A stretch of 64,000 nucleotides of DNA from an uncultured Bacilli bacterium (GTDB taxonomy: Bacteria > Bacillota_I > Bacilli_A > RF39 > UBA660), in the NCBI GenBank assembly GCA_964018915.1, contig CAXHRJ010000001.1, positions 116,387 to 180,386 on the forward strand, written 5' to 3'. The stretch's first letter is position 1, and each line of letters begins with the position of its first letter. A model generated the notes under the pieces. That model ran no database searches, had not been told where the DNA came from, and saw only the letters and a program-made list of their open reading frames with translations. Of this stretch, positions 28,187 through 38,514 are shown piece after piece. The translations under genes and the position numbers were made by a program.

Positions 28187-29506
28187 TTAAGAATTTGTCA
28201 ATCTCTCAATTACTTCTTCTACTGTAATTAAATCTTGACTACCAGTAACCATATCTTTAAAAGCTACCTTAGACTCTTTAACCTCATTCTCTCCAATTAC
28301 TAGTACATAAGGAATTTCAAGTCTATCTGCATATTTCATTTTTTGCTTCATTCCCTTATCCTGATAATAAACATCTGTTTTAATACCACTATTTCTTAAT
28401 TTACTAGCTGTTTCTAAAACATAGTTATTATTTTCCTTATCCATTGGAACAATGAGAACTTGACTAATTGTATTCTTACTCTCTCCAACTAAACCAATCT
28501 CTTTTAATTGAGAAAACAATCTAGTAAGTCCTATAGAAATACCAACTCCTGGTAAATGCTCACTAGTGTAGTAGTCTGCTAAATTCTCATATCTACCACC
28601 AGAACAAATACTTCCTAGTTTTGGATATTCATCTAATATCGTTTCATAAACTGTGCCTGTATAATAATCAAGTCCACGTGCTATGGTTAAATCAATTTTA
28701 AAGTAATCCTCATCCATAGCAAAACTTCTTAAAGATTTAATAACAGTTTCCAATTCGGATAAACCTATTTTAAATGTCTCACATTCTATTTTCAATGCTT
28801 TTAAAGAAGATAATTTCTCATCATTTGTTCCAGTAATTTCTAAAAATGCTAATATTTGATCAATTTGATTCATATTCAAATTGAGATTTCCTAGTTCTTC
28901 CTTAACAGCATCCCTACCAATTTTATCTATTTTATCAATGATTCTTAAAACATCAGATGAGATTTCCAATAGCCCTAAATTTTCAAAAAATCCATTTAAA
29001 ACTTTTCGGTTATTAATACGAATTGTAAATTTTCCTAAATTTAGTTTTTTAAATACCTCATAAATAACAGATGGAATTTCAGCATCATAAATTAAATCCA
29101 ATGTATCATTTCCAATGATATCGATATCACATTGATAAAACTCTCTGAATCTTCCTTTTTGTGGCCTTTCTCCCCTAAATACTTTAGATATTTGATAGCG
29201 CTTAAAAGGGAATATCAAATCATTATAATGCCCTGCTACATAACGTGCTAAAGGAACAGTTAAATCAAAACGTAAAGATAAATCTGTCTCCCCTTTGAAA
29301 AAACGATATATTTGTTTTTCTGTTTCTCCTCCTGCTTTTGCAAGTAACACCTCTGACAATTCTATTGTCGGAGTATCTAGTGGTAAAAAACCAAATTCTT
29401 CATAGACACTTCTAATAGTATCTACCATTTTGTTAAACATAATTTGATCTTGTGGTAATAATTCCATAAAACCTGGTAAGGTTCTTGGTTCTACTTTTTC
29501 TTTCAT
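28187..29506 (-). CDS. hisS: Histidine--tRNA ligase
   Basis: 439 aa. Class II motifs YRFFKGE..LRFDLTVPLARY, FRGERPQKGRFREFYQCD, GGRYENL, and a C-terminal anticodon-binding domain. Confidence 0.9.
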   Translation of the reverse strand: MKEKVEPRTLPGFMELLPQDQIMFNKMVDTIRSVYEEFGFLPLDTPTIELSEVLLAKAGGETEKQIYRFFKGETDLSLRFDLTVPLARYVAGHYNDLIFPFKRYQISKVFRGERPQKGRFREFYQCDIDIIGNDTLDLIYDAEIPSVIYEVFKKLNLGKFTIRINNRKVLNGFFENLGLLEISSDVLRIIDKIDKIGRDAVKEELGNLNLNMNQIDQILAFLEITGTNDEKLSSLKALKIECETFKIGLSELETVIKSLRSFAMDEDYFKIDLTIARGLDYYTGTVYETILDEYPKLGSICSGGRYENLADYYTSEHLPGVGISIGLTRLFSQLKEIGLVGESKNTISQVLIVPMDKENNNYVLETASKLRNSGIKTDVYYQDKGMKQKMKYADRLEIPYVLVIGENEVKESKVAFKDMVTGSQDLITVEEVIERLTNS

Positions 29507-29629
29507 TCTAATCTCCTCTTTCTATATTTTTTCTTTTTTTATAGAGATTTAATGTCGAAAATGTACCTCACTAAATTTTTTTACCCACTCTTTAATTCCT
29601 AATTTCATGATTCACCTCATAATACTATT

Positions 29630-29658
29630 AGTATATAGATTTTTTCTAAAATAGTCAA
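29630..29658 (-). promoter_or_regulatory. Sigma-A-type promoter for hisS
   Basis: On the minus strand: TTGACT (29658-29653, overlapping the upstream gene's stop), 17-nt spacer, TATACT (29635-29630). Confidence 0.45.
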
Positions 29659-30494
29659 TCTTTCATAACTTTAACATAACGTCCTGATAAAGTATCTTCT
29701 ACTAAAACCCCTAATTCACTTAATACTTGATCTCTCTTTTCTTTGGATTCATACCATTTAGTTTTACTAGTATCTGCATTTTTATAAAAGATTCCATGCT
29801 TGATTGCTAGTCTTAATAATTTAAAACGATTACCTCTTTTTTCTCCATAAGGATATTCCTTTACAATTTCTAACAGATTTATACTATTGGCAAGTAAGGG
29901 TTGAATATTATTTTGAAAAGTTAAATACATCCCAAACCGCATATCTACAAATTCATCTGGAGAAGGCCCCATATAAATATTTTTTTCTCTTTTTATTATT
30001 GGGTATGACTGATTCTCTGATATACAAAATATGCTTTGCAATCCATAACTATTTACTAATAATAAATCTGTACTAAGAAATGTAATAAATTCAGCTTCTA
30101 AAACAGTAGTAGAGGTGGCCTTATGAATAAGACGCATCTCTGTATCAACTTGATCAATATGATGAGTAAATGAATATACTTTTGTCACATCTGATGAAAA
30201 AAAGTGGCTGGCAGCTTCTGTAATATCCAATCTTGAAATTTCTATTTCTCCTGTACGATAATTTAAAACTCTAAAACTATTGTAATCGCCAGTTATTAAC
30301 GCAAGATCTAAATTATTATCCTTTACAATTACAAGTTCTTTATTGTCATCATAGAATCCAACAACTTGATAACCATATTGAGTAAAATACTCTCTTAGCA
30401 TTTGAGCCGTTGAAAAAACAGAAAAAGCTGAAAAATCATTTTCTGACACGATTCCATTTTTCCCTTGAATTCCAATTACTGGTTCTATAGTCAT
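29655..30494 (-). CDS. Hypothetical protein (279 aa), no recognisable motif
   Basis: Long ORF in the same orientation as its neighbours. No TM helix, signal peptide or catalytic motif seen. Confidence 0.5.
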   Translation of the reverse strand: MTIEPVIGIQGKNGIVSENDFSAFSVFSTAQMLREYFTQYGYQVVGFYDDNKELVIVKDNNLDLALITGDYNSFRVLNYRTGEIEISRLDITEAASHFFSSDVTKVYSFTHHIDQVDTEMRLIHKATSTTVLEAEFITFLSTDLLLVNSYGLQSIFCISENQSYPIIKREKNIYMGPSPDEFVDMRFGMYLTFQNNIQPLLANSINLLEIVKEYPYGEKRGNRFKLLRLAIKHGIFYKNADTSKTKWYESKEKRDQVLSELGVLVEDTLSGRYVKVMKD

Positions 30495-30557
30495 AATCCA
30501 AACTCCTTGTGGGTGCTATTATACCATAGGAATTTAAAAATGACAACAAAAAAGAAA

Positions 30558-31652
30558 CTAAGCCTTTTTTTCTTGTTTGCTAGTTTCTTTTATTTCCTTG
30601 ATACTATCACTAATAGAATCCCAATAATATCTATATGTTGTTACTAAAATAATGGCAACTGGGAAAGAAATAAAAATTCCCATAATTCCAAAAATCATAC
30701 TTCCAGCTGACATGACAAATATAGTAAGTAAGGGATGAATAGAGTTCGTTTTCCCATATACTGCTGGATTAATCACATAACTATCTAAGCTAGATAATAG
30801 GAAAAATGTAATTAACGTTCTCACAAATAACCCAGGACTTACTACAAACGCTGTAATAGCTGCTATACAGTTACATGCAATTCCTCCAAAATAAGGAATC
30901 ATATTAGCAACACCTGCTAAAAAACCAAGTAGCATTGCATTTGGATGACCTATAATAGAATAGGCTATTCCATATTCTACTACAGAAATAATCATTACTT
31001 GTACCAAGCCACTTAAATAATTTTTCATACCAATATCCAAGGCTTTTACAAAACTATATGTTTTCTTTTGTTTTTTCTTAAAGAATTTTTTAACCTCAGC
31101 TCTAATTTTATCCATATCAATTAAAAAGTATACATAGGCAGCCATTCCAAAAAATACTTTTCCTAAGAAATTGATGGATGTTCCAATTAAATTGATAGCA
31201 CCATTCGATACATATTTCGTAATATCTGTCATTATCTTTTGAAATTGTTCATTTAATGTTCCTTGAAGCTCAGAAAGATTAATATCCCAATCTTTTAATG
31301 ATAATTCATTTAAAAACTCTGAAATTCCTGAAAATAAACCAGATAATTGTCCAACTAAGACATTTGTCACCATATAACCAACAAAAACAATGAGTGCTAA
31401 TTCAATAAACAGTAATAGACCTATCGCTAATCCTTTTGGCATTCCCTTAGATTGTAGTTTTAAAACAATAGGCTGCGTAGCATATGCTAAAGCAAAGGCT
31501 ATTACAAAAGGAGTTATAATCGAAATAAATTTATTAACACCATCTATCCATAAGTTTCCAGTCCAATAAATCAAACATACAATAAGTGCTATTAAAGCTA
31601 AATTTACTAATTTATAATCTATTCTTTCTCTTTTAAGCATGGTTTTCCTCAC
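30558..31652 (-). CDS. AI-2E family transporter (PerM/UPF0118)
   Basis: About 8 TM segments and the typical central soluble insert. The IPYFGG and SAGSMIFGIMGIFISFPV segments match the family's style. Confidence 0.7.
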   Translation of the reverse strand: MRKTMLKRERIDYKLVNLALIALIVCLIYWTGNLWIDGVNKFISIITPFVIAFALAYATQPIVLKLQSKGMPKGLAIGLLLFIELALIVFVGYMVTNVLVGQLSGLFSGISEFLNELSLKDWDINLSELQGTLNEQFQKIMTDITKYVSNGAINLIGTSINFLGKVFFGMAAYVYFLIDMDKIRAEVKKFFKKKQKKTYSFVKALDIGMKNYLSGLVQVMIISVVEYGIAYSIIGHPNAMLLGFLAGVANMIPYFGGIACNCIAAITAFVVSPGLFVRTLITFFLLSSLDSYVINPAVYGKTNSIHPLLTIFVMSAGSMIFGIMGIFISFPVAIILVTTYRYYWDSISDSIKEIKETSKQEKKA

Positions 31653-32085
31653 TCTCTAAAAGGATAGTAATTGGCCCATCATTTGTAATTTCTACTTTCA
31701 TATCTGCACCAAAAACTCCTGTTTCCACTTTTACCCCATTATCTCTTAATTTTTGATTAAAAAGCTCATAGAACTTTACTGCATCACCACCTGGCATAGC
31801 ATCTATATAACTAGGACGATTCCCTTTTCTAGCATTTCCATATAAAGTAAACTGAGAAATGCTTAAAACATCTCCTCCAACATCTAATAACGATTTATTC
31901 ATAACACCATCTTCGTCATCAAAGATTCTTAAATTTAACACTTTCTTTACCATATAGTCAATTTCTTTTTCAGTATCTCCTACTTTAAATCCTACTAGCA
32001 AAACAACACCTTTTTCAATATCTCCAGTTACTCTTTCTTCTACAGTTACTCTAGAATGTAGACTTCTTTGCACTACTACTCTCAT
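31633..32085 (-). CDS. dtd: D-aminoacyl-tRNA deacylase
   Basis: MRVVVQRS...GVVLLVGF, SQFTLYGNARKGNRPSY, NDGPITILLES. TAATG overlap with the relA stop. Confidence 0.9.
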   Translation of the reverse strand: MRVVVQRSLHSRVTVEERVTGDIEKGVVLLVGFKVGDTEKEIDYMVKKVLNLRIFDDEDGVMNKSLLDVGGDVLSISQFTLYGNARKGNRPSYIDAMPGGDAVKFYELFNQKLRDNGVKVETGVFGADMKVEITNDGPITILLESEENHA

Positions 32086-34256
32086 TAGTGGATAACCCTT
32101 TCTACTTGCACAATACTACTAATTGTACGTAAATCATTCATAAATTTTTCTAACAATTCATTATTACTTGCTAATACGTTTAATGTAAACATGTAGTTGC
32201 CACTAGATTGAATTGTATTGATACTTTGAATACTGATATCACTACTTGATGTCTTAGAAATAATAGCAAGTAACAAGTCCTTATTTTCACTAGCACGTAC
32301 TAAAATATCAGTAGAATATTTTTTAGAAATTTCATTATTCCAAGATACCTCGATAATACGTTCTTCTAAGTCACTAATATTTGGGCAAGTAGTACGATGA
32401 ACATTAATACCATTGCCTTTTGAAATATATCCTACTATTTCATCTCCTGGTATTGGCTTACAGCAAGAAGCAATATTTACTTTTATTTCGTCTATTCCTT
32501 CTACAATAATATCATGTTTAACATTAACTTTTTTATTCTCTCCCTTAGTTACCTTATCTAAGATAATCTCTTCTTTTGTCCGAGAATCATTTGTATAACT
32601 ATTTACAACTGAAACAGAAGTTAATTTTCCATTTCCAATATTGATATGCAATTCATTCATATCTCCTACATGGAATTCCTCTAAGATACCTGCAATTACT
32701 TCATTACTATAAAATTCAGCAAAAGGTATTTTTCTTTTACGAACCTCTTTTTGTAATAGTTCTGCACCTGTTTTTAAATATTCTTCTTTATCTATTTTAT
32801 TATAAAAACTCTTAATTTTATTTTTTGCTTGAGATGTATAAGCCATATCAATCCATTCTCTAGATGGGCCAGAGGAATTTTTATTAGTATTGATCTTAAT
32901 GATGTCACCATCATTTAAAACATAATCTAGGGGAACAATATTTCCATTTACAAGCGCACCAACCATAGTATCGCCTACACCACTATGAACACGATAAGCA
33001 AAATCTATTGGAGTTGCTCCCTGTGGTAATTCTATAACATCACCTTTAGGGGTAAATACATAAATTGTATTCTTTAATACATCTTCCTCTATTGTGCGAA
33101 CAAATTCTTCATCATTCACATTTTCATCTTTTAACTCTATAATTTCTCTAAAAAATTGAAGCTTTTGTTCCATCGCATTTTGCATGCTAGCCTTTACATT
33201 ACTTCCTTTTTCTTTATAAGACCAATGAGAAGCTATTCCATGTTCTGCAATCTCATCCATCTCATAAGTACGAATCTGAATTTCAAATAAATACCCTTCT
33301 AAACCGAATACGGTTGTATGTAAAGATTGATACATATTCGTTTTAGGCATTGCTACATAATCTTTAAATCTTTTTGGTATTGGTCTATATACAGAGTGAA
33401 TAATACCCAATACTTGATAACATTCTTGCTCTGTTGTAACAAACACACGAAGTGCTAACAAATCATAAATGTCACTAAATCTTTTCCCCTTATCCAACTT
33501 TTTATAAATACTATAAATGCTTTTAGCTCTACCTTTAATTTCATGCTTAATATTATTTTTTGTTAAAAGTTCTGATACCTTAGACATCATCTCATTAACA
33601 ATTCGGTCTCTTTCCTTTCGGGTCTGATTTAATTTTTCAACAATAGAAAAATAAACATCAGGCTTGTAATAGCGTAAGCATAAATCTTCTAATTCACTTT
33701 TAATTTGATTCATACCTAAGCGATGAGCAATTGGAGTTAAAATATCCAGAGTTTCTTTCGCCTTATCTTTTTGTTTTTTCTCAGATAATATCCATAAAGT
33801 ACGCATATTATGGAGTCTATCTGCTAACTTAATAATCAAAATACGAACATCTTCACTAAGACCAACTAAAATCTTTCTATGATTAGCAATCATTGCTTCA
33901 TTATCACAAGTAAACTTAAGCTTATTAATTTTCGTTACACCATTAACTAAATCTGCTATCTCTTTTCCAAACTTTTTTTCAACTTCTTCATAAGTACAAT
34001 CACAGTCTTCAATCGTATCATGAAGAATCGCTGCACAAATAGTTGCCGCATCTGCATTAATATCTGATAATATGTAAGCTACATTTAATGGATGAACAAT
34101 ATATTCTTCTCCAGTTAATCTCTTTTGACCAAAGTGTTTTTCATAAGCAAATAAATAAGCACTAGAAATTAATTTTCTTTCATCTTTTTTTGTAATGTAT
34201 GTACAAACCTTCTCATACAATTCATCAAATGTCAATTTTGGATTATCTTTTCTCAT
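32085..34256 (-). CDS. relA: Bifunctional (p)ppGpp synthetase/hydrolase (long RSH)
   Basis: HD hydrolase (HPLNVAYIL..LHDTIED), synthetase (YRPIPKRFKDYVAMPKTNMYQSLHT, EIQIRT), TGS (VFTPKGDVIELPQGATPIDFAY), and a C-terminal ACT-like region. Confidence 0.95.
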   Translation of the reverse strand: MRKDNPKLTFDELYEKVCTYITKKDERKLISSAYLFAYEKHFGQKRLTGEEYIVHPLNVAYILSDINADAATICAAILHDTIEDCDCTYEEVEKKFGKEIADLVNGVTKINKLKFTCDNEAMIANHRKILVGLSEDVRILIIKLADRLHNMRTLWILSEKKQKDKAKETLDILTPIAHRLGMNQIKSELEDLCLRYYKPDVYFSIVEKLNQTRKERDRIVNEMMSKVSELLTKNNIKHEIKGRAKSIYSIYKKLDKGKRFSDIYDLLALRVFVTTEQECYQVLGIIHSVYRPIPKRFKDYVAMPKTNMYQSLHTTVFGLEGYLFEIQIRTYEMDEIAEHGIASHWSYKEKGSNVKASMQNAMEQKLQFFREIIELKDENVNDEEFVRTIEEDVLKNTIYVFTPKGDVIELPQGATPIDFAYRVHSGVGDTMVGALVNGNIVPLDYVLNDGDIIKINTNKNSSGPSREWIDMAYTSQAKNKIKSFYNKIDKEEYLKTGAELLQKEVRKRKIPFAEFYSNEVIAGILEEFHVGDMNELHINIGNGKLTSVSVVNSYTNDSRTKEEIILDKVTKGENKKVNVKHDIIVEGIDEIKVNIASCCKPIPGDEIVGYISKGNGINVHRTTCPNISDLEERIIEVSWNNEISKKYSTDILVRASENKDLLLAIISKTSSSDISIQSINTIQSSGNYMFTLNVLASNNELLEKFMNDLRTISSIVQVERVIH

Positions 34257-34445
34257 CTTTTCACCTTATTCTACATATAATCTTTTACTATTTATGGATA
34301 ATAGGACTGAAACTTTAAGTGAAGCAATTAAATAGTAGCATAGATAGTTTGTTTGCTTCCCTGTAAGATATCCCATTTTTTCATAAAATTACCTATTTTA
34401 AATTATAGCACAACTACCTCCATTAATAAAGACGAAAAAAAGGAA

Positions 34446-36869
34446 TTAACAATTAATTCCTTTTACTTTTAATTCTTCTGCTTCTTCTTTTGTATCTACT
34501 TCATACCATTTTTTCTTTTCTGGTTTTCCAATTCTTCTTTTTTCAATTAAATACCATACATGAAGTGCGATAAATAAGGAAGAATAAGTTCCAGCCAATA
34601 ATCCAATTAATAAAGCATAATTGAAATTAAGAATTTCATGAGATCCTAGAAAGATTAATGAAATTACTGGTAATAAGGTAGTAAGTGAAGTAAGAAGGCT
34701 TCGATTAATTACTTCTTTCAAAGTAACATCTACTAAATTCTTTAACTCTTCTACACTTTTAATTTTATTTTTATAAAGTTTCTCTTTATTTTCTCTAGCC
34801 CTATCAAACGCTACTATAGTGTTATTGATAGAATATCCAACAATTGATAGGATTGCTGCAATAAAGATAGTTGTAACTTCCAATTTGAATAAACTAAAAC
34901 AAATAACTACAACTAATATATCATGAGTTAACGCTATAACAGAACTAATACCATAGCTAAAAGTAAATCTTAATGTTACATAAATAATCAATCCTATGCA
35001 AGCAAAAATTAATGATTTAATCGCATTCTCTAGTAACTGCTTTTTAACAATATTAGATACAGCACCAATAGAGGTTGTAGCATCTTCATATTTCTCAGTA
35101 AAATATTTTTCTACTTTCTCATTATCACTAGCCTCAAAGATATCAGATACAGTAAGATAAACAGACTTATCATCAATTTCTTCTATTTTATCAATATGAT
35201 ATCCTAATTTTTCCATATCTTTAGTAACTTCCTCTTTTGTTAATTCTGTAGAGGCTGTTAAGGAAATACTAGATCCGCCTTTAAAATCAATTCCTAAATT
35301 AAACCCTTTTTGGCTGAAATAAATGCCACCTACTACTAATAGGATAACTGTTATTGTAACTAGCCTTGGATTCCATTTTGTAAATGATATTTTTTCAAAA
35401 ACACTTCTCTTCTCTAAATTTTTAATTCCTAAGAATGATCTATATTTATTTTCAAAAATACCACTTTTCACAAACATACCTAAAAGTAGTCTCATAATAA
35501 ATACCATAACAAATAAAGTTACTATAATACTTATGATAAACATAGTAGCAAATCCCTTAACACTACTTTCACCAAAGATAAATAGAATAATACAAGCAAT
35601 AAAAGTTGTAATATTAGAATCCATTATAGAACTTAACGAATTTTTATTTCCCTTTTTAAAAGATTCTTCTAATGTATGCTTATTTCTCAATTCTTCTTTA
35701 ATTCTAGTAAAACTAATTACACAAGCATCTACTGCCATACCAATACCGATTACAACGGCTGCTATAGATGGCAACGTAAGTCTACCACCAATCATATTAA
35801 AGAATAAGAATACAAGAGCTGTATAAACAACAATTCCTACGCTGGCTACAAATCCACTAAAATGATAGATGCCAATAAGCACAATCATAATAGCAACGAT
35901 TCCTATAATTCCTGCAAAAAAAGTCTTTTGTAATGCATCTTCACCAAAAGAAGCATTTACTGTTCTTGAAGAAATCTCTGATAATTTGGTTGGTAGACTA
36001 CCATTATTAATTAATTCTGCTAATGACCTTGCTTCTTCTAAGGTAAAAGAACCACTTAACATTACATTATTAGTTGTAAGCTCGCTTTGAATAGTTGCCG
36101 CTGATAAACAGTGTGAGCTACTGTCTACCCCACATGTTTCTTTATCTTTTGAATAAGAGTCTTTTCCCTCTTCAAAATCAAGCCAAATAACCATAACATC
36201 CCCAGCTTTTCTTACTTCTTCAGTTTTTTCATGAAAAGTTTCAATATCTGCAATATCTAATTGTAAATAATAGTTGTTTAAATCATTTTCACTTTGACCA
36301 ACTTTTACCCCATTAGGCGCTAAAACATCAGCTCCCATTAAAAGTTCATCTTTACTATTTCTAAATGTTAAACTAGCCATTTTGCTAAGTGTGTTTTTAG
36401 CTTCTTTCTCATCAGTAACCCCAGCTAATTGAACACGGATATTATCTCCTTCAATAGAAATTTCTGGTTCACTAACACCTAAAATGTCAATACGTCTATT
36501 AATAATTTTATAAGTACTATTAATCATATCACTAGTAACTTTACCACCATCAATACTATCTATTTTGTATAAAATTTCAAATCCACCTTGTAAATCTAAT
36601 CCAAATTTTGTTGATTTAAACAATGGATATAGAGAAGCAGAACAAATTACTGCAATTAAAATAGTCATTACAAGTGCACCTATAAAGCTCTTTCTACGAG
36701 CTTTTTTAGCGCGAATTTCTCTCTCTTCTTTTTTAGAAGAAAATTCTACTTTAACAGTTTTTTCTTTTTTCTCTTTCTTTTCAACTTTTTCTTCTAATAC
36801 TTCTGTATCGTTTTCTACTACTTTATTAGAAGGATTCTTTTTTATTTCTCTTTTTTTCTTTTTTGCCAT
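34446..36869 (-). CDS. secDF: Protein translocase subunit SecDF (fused)
   Basis: 807 aa. SecD periplasmic region (LGLDLQGG) and a second GIDFKGG start typical of SecF. 12 TM segments. Confidence 0.9.
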   Translation of the reverse strand: MAKKKKREIKKNPSNKVVENDTEVLEEKVEKKEKKEKTVKVEFSSKKEEREIRAKKARRKSFIGALVMTILIAVICSASLYPLFKSTKFGLDLQGGFEILYKIDSIDGGKVTSDMINSTYKIINRRIDILGVSEPEISIEGDNIRVQLAGVTDEKEAKNTLSKMASLTFRNSKDELLMGADVLAPNGVKVGQSENDLNNYYLQLDIADIETFHEKTEEVRKAGDVMVIWLDFEEGKDSYSKDKETCGVDSSSHCLSAATIQSELTTNNVMLSGSFTLEEARSLAELINNGSLPTKLSEISSRTVNASFGEDALQKTFFAGIIGIVAIMIVLIGIYHFSGFVASVGIVVYTALVFLFFNMIGGRLTLPSIAAVVIGIGMAVDACVISFTRIKEELRNKHTLEESFKKGNKNSLSSIMDSNITTFIACIILFIFGESSVKGFATMFIISIIVTLFVMVFIMRLLLGMFVKSGIFENKYRSFLGIKNLEKRSVFEKISFTKWNPRLVTITVILLVVGGIYFSQKGFNLGIDFKGGSSISLTASTELTKEEVTKDMEKLGYHIDKIEEIDDKSVYLTVSDIFEASDNEKVEKYFTEKYEDATTSIGAVSNIVKKQLLENAIKSLIFACIGLIIYVTLRFTFSYGISSVIALTHDILVVVICFSLFKLEVTTIFIAAILSIVGYSINNTIVAFDRARENKEKLYKNKIKSVEELKNLVDVTLKEVINRSLLTSLTTLLPVISLIFLGSHEILNFNYALLIGLLAGTYSSLFIALHVWYLIEKRRIGKPEKKKWYEVDTKEEAEELKVKGINC

Positions 36870-36878
36870 ACTATCACC

Positions 36879-37121
36879 CTATCTACTATTGTTTGATTTG
36901 TATTGATAAATATTTTCATTAGACGCATTTAAAATATCATCTACCATTTGATGTAATGATAAATCGTTTGCTGAAGCCCATTTGATATTACTCAAATAAC
37001 TCCAAATATCTTTTTTCTCTATCCCTTCATAACCTTTTCTTTTCAATTCAGAAATCTTAACTGATAAAGCAGGTTCTAACCGATTATAGAGTTGTTTTAG
37101 GTCTTGAAACTCAATCTCCAT
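36879..37121 (-). CDS. ComN-like post-transcriptional regulator (YrzD family)
   Basis: 80-aa protein lying between spoVB and secDF, as in B. subtilis. Carries the KKDIWSYLSNIKW segment. Confidence 0.6.
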   Translation of the reverse strand: MEIEFQDLKQLYNRLEPALSVKISELKRKGYEGIEKKDIWSYLSNIKWASANDLSLHQMVDDILNASNENIYQYKSNNSR

Positions 37122-37188
37122 TTCTATTCCCCCACACTTTTACATACAATATTATATACTAAAATAGTATCTTTTGAAAAGGAGAAAC

Positions 37189-38478
37189 ATGAAAAAAAGT
37201 AAATTTATTCAATCTAGTATTCTATTATTAATAGGTGGATTCTTAACAAAAATATTAGGAATGCTTGTAAAAATTGTATTAACAAGAAAAATTGGGACAT
37301 TAGGAATGGGTCTACATTCTCTTTTAATGCCAACTTTCATGCTCTTTTTATCTATTAGTGGTATGGGGCTTTCAACCGCCCTTAATGTACTAATTGCAAC
37401 AGATAAGTACAATAACAAAAATTTACTAATTACATCCTTATTTCTTTCTTTTTGTGTGAACTTTCTAATTGCCATTGTCATTTTATTTGGTGGAAATTGG
37501 ATAGTAAATTCTTTACTTCATGAAAAAATATTATATTATCCATTACTCTCTATTATATTTGTACTTCCTTTTATATCTGTTTCCAACGTTTTTAGAAGTT
37601 ACTATTTTGCGAAAGAAAGAATGATTCCTCATGTGGTTAGTAATATCTTAGAAGATTTGTGGAAACTACTACTTATCATTTTTGGAATAAATCTCTTCTT
37701 AGGATCTATGGAACAGGCCTTAACCTTCCTAATGATGACAAATATTCTATGTGAATTTTCTTCCATTGTAATATTTTTATTTTGTTTTCCTAAATTTCAT
37801 TTAACAAAAGATGATTTTAAATTAAAAATAGAAACTTTTAAAGCCATTTTTAAAATATCTATCCCTACTACTTTATCTAGATTAGTAGGTTCAATTACTT
37901 ATTTTCTAGAACCTGTTATTCTTACCACCTTATTACTAAAGCTAGGATACGAAAAAAATACAATTATCACAGAATATGGTATTATCAATGGTTATGTACT
38001 ACCTGTATTAATGCTTCCTTCTTTCTTTACAAATGCCATCTCACAAGCCCTAATGCCAATAATTAGTAAATTCTATCACAAAAAAGATTATTCTTATGTA
38101 AAAAGGAAATTATGGCAAGCATTAGGTTTTTCTATTATTATTGGTCTTAGTTATTCAATTCTTTGTTTTTTCTATCATAAAGAGCTTCTGCAATTCTTAT
38201 ATCAGACAAAAGAAGGAAGTAGATATATTCTCTTTTTAATTCCAATTTTCTTTATCTATTATTTAGAGGGTCCTTTGCTTACTACATTACAGGCAATGAA
38301 TAAAGCCAAAATTAACTTAAAAATATCACTTATTAATTTTTTTATTAGAACAATTCTATTGGCTATATTAACATCACTTTCTATTGGTATGTATGGTCTA
38401 TTAATTGCTTTAAGTATCAATGTTCTTTTTACTGTCATTTATTCCTCTTACAAAGTTCAACAATCTTTACATTTCTAA
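37189..38478 (+). CDS. spoVB: Stage V sporulation protein B-like MOP-superfamily flippase
   Basis: Polytopic MOP/MurJ-like protein with N-terminus KSKFIQSSILLLIGGFLTKILGM. Conserved position next to comN-secDF. Start moved to the ATG at 37189, which follows AAAGGAGA. Confidence 0.7.
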   Translation: MKKSKFIQSSILLLIGGFLTKILGMLVKIVLTRKIGTLGMGLHSLLMPTFMLFLSISGMGLSTALNVLIATDKYNNKNLLITSLFLSFCVNFLIAIVILFGGNWIVNSLLHEKILYYPLLSIIFVLPFISVSNVFRSYYFAKERMIPHVVSNILEDLWKLLLIIFGINLFLGSMEQALTFLMMTNILCEFSSIVIFLFCFPKFHLTKDDFKLKIETFKAIFKISIPTTLSRLVGSITYFLEPVILTTLLLKLGYEKNTIITEYGIINGYVLPVLMLPSFFTNAISQALMPIISKFYHKKDYSYVKRKLWQALGFSIIIGLSYSILCFFYHKELLQFLYQTKEGSRYILFLIPIFFIYYLEGPLLTTLQAMNKAKINLKISLINFFIRTILLAILTSLSIGMYGLLIALSINVLFTVIYSSYKVQQSLHF

Positions 38479-38514
38479 AAAACCGTTATATAATGATAAT
38501 AGAGGAGAGTAGAT

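Noticed and set aside
28187-29654. Expected T-box leader in front of hisS
   Set aside because: I read both strands of 29507-29654. There is no AGAGA/GNUGNGA stem I element and no GGUGGNACCGCG T-box sequence. Only a promoter, a 19-codon uORF and the hisS SD are present.
37174-37188. Upstream TTG start for spoVB given by the ORF track (MKRRNMKKSKF)
   Set aside because: The AAAGGAGA Shine-Dalgarno lies inside this extension and is correctly spaced for the ATG at 37189. Similar start trimming was applied to the PGM/PMM gene, smc, sigG, tagG, tarI, the 125-aa gene and the 62010 gene.
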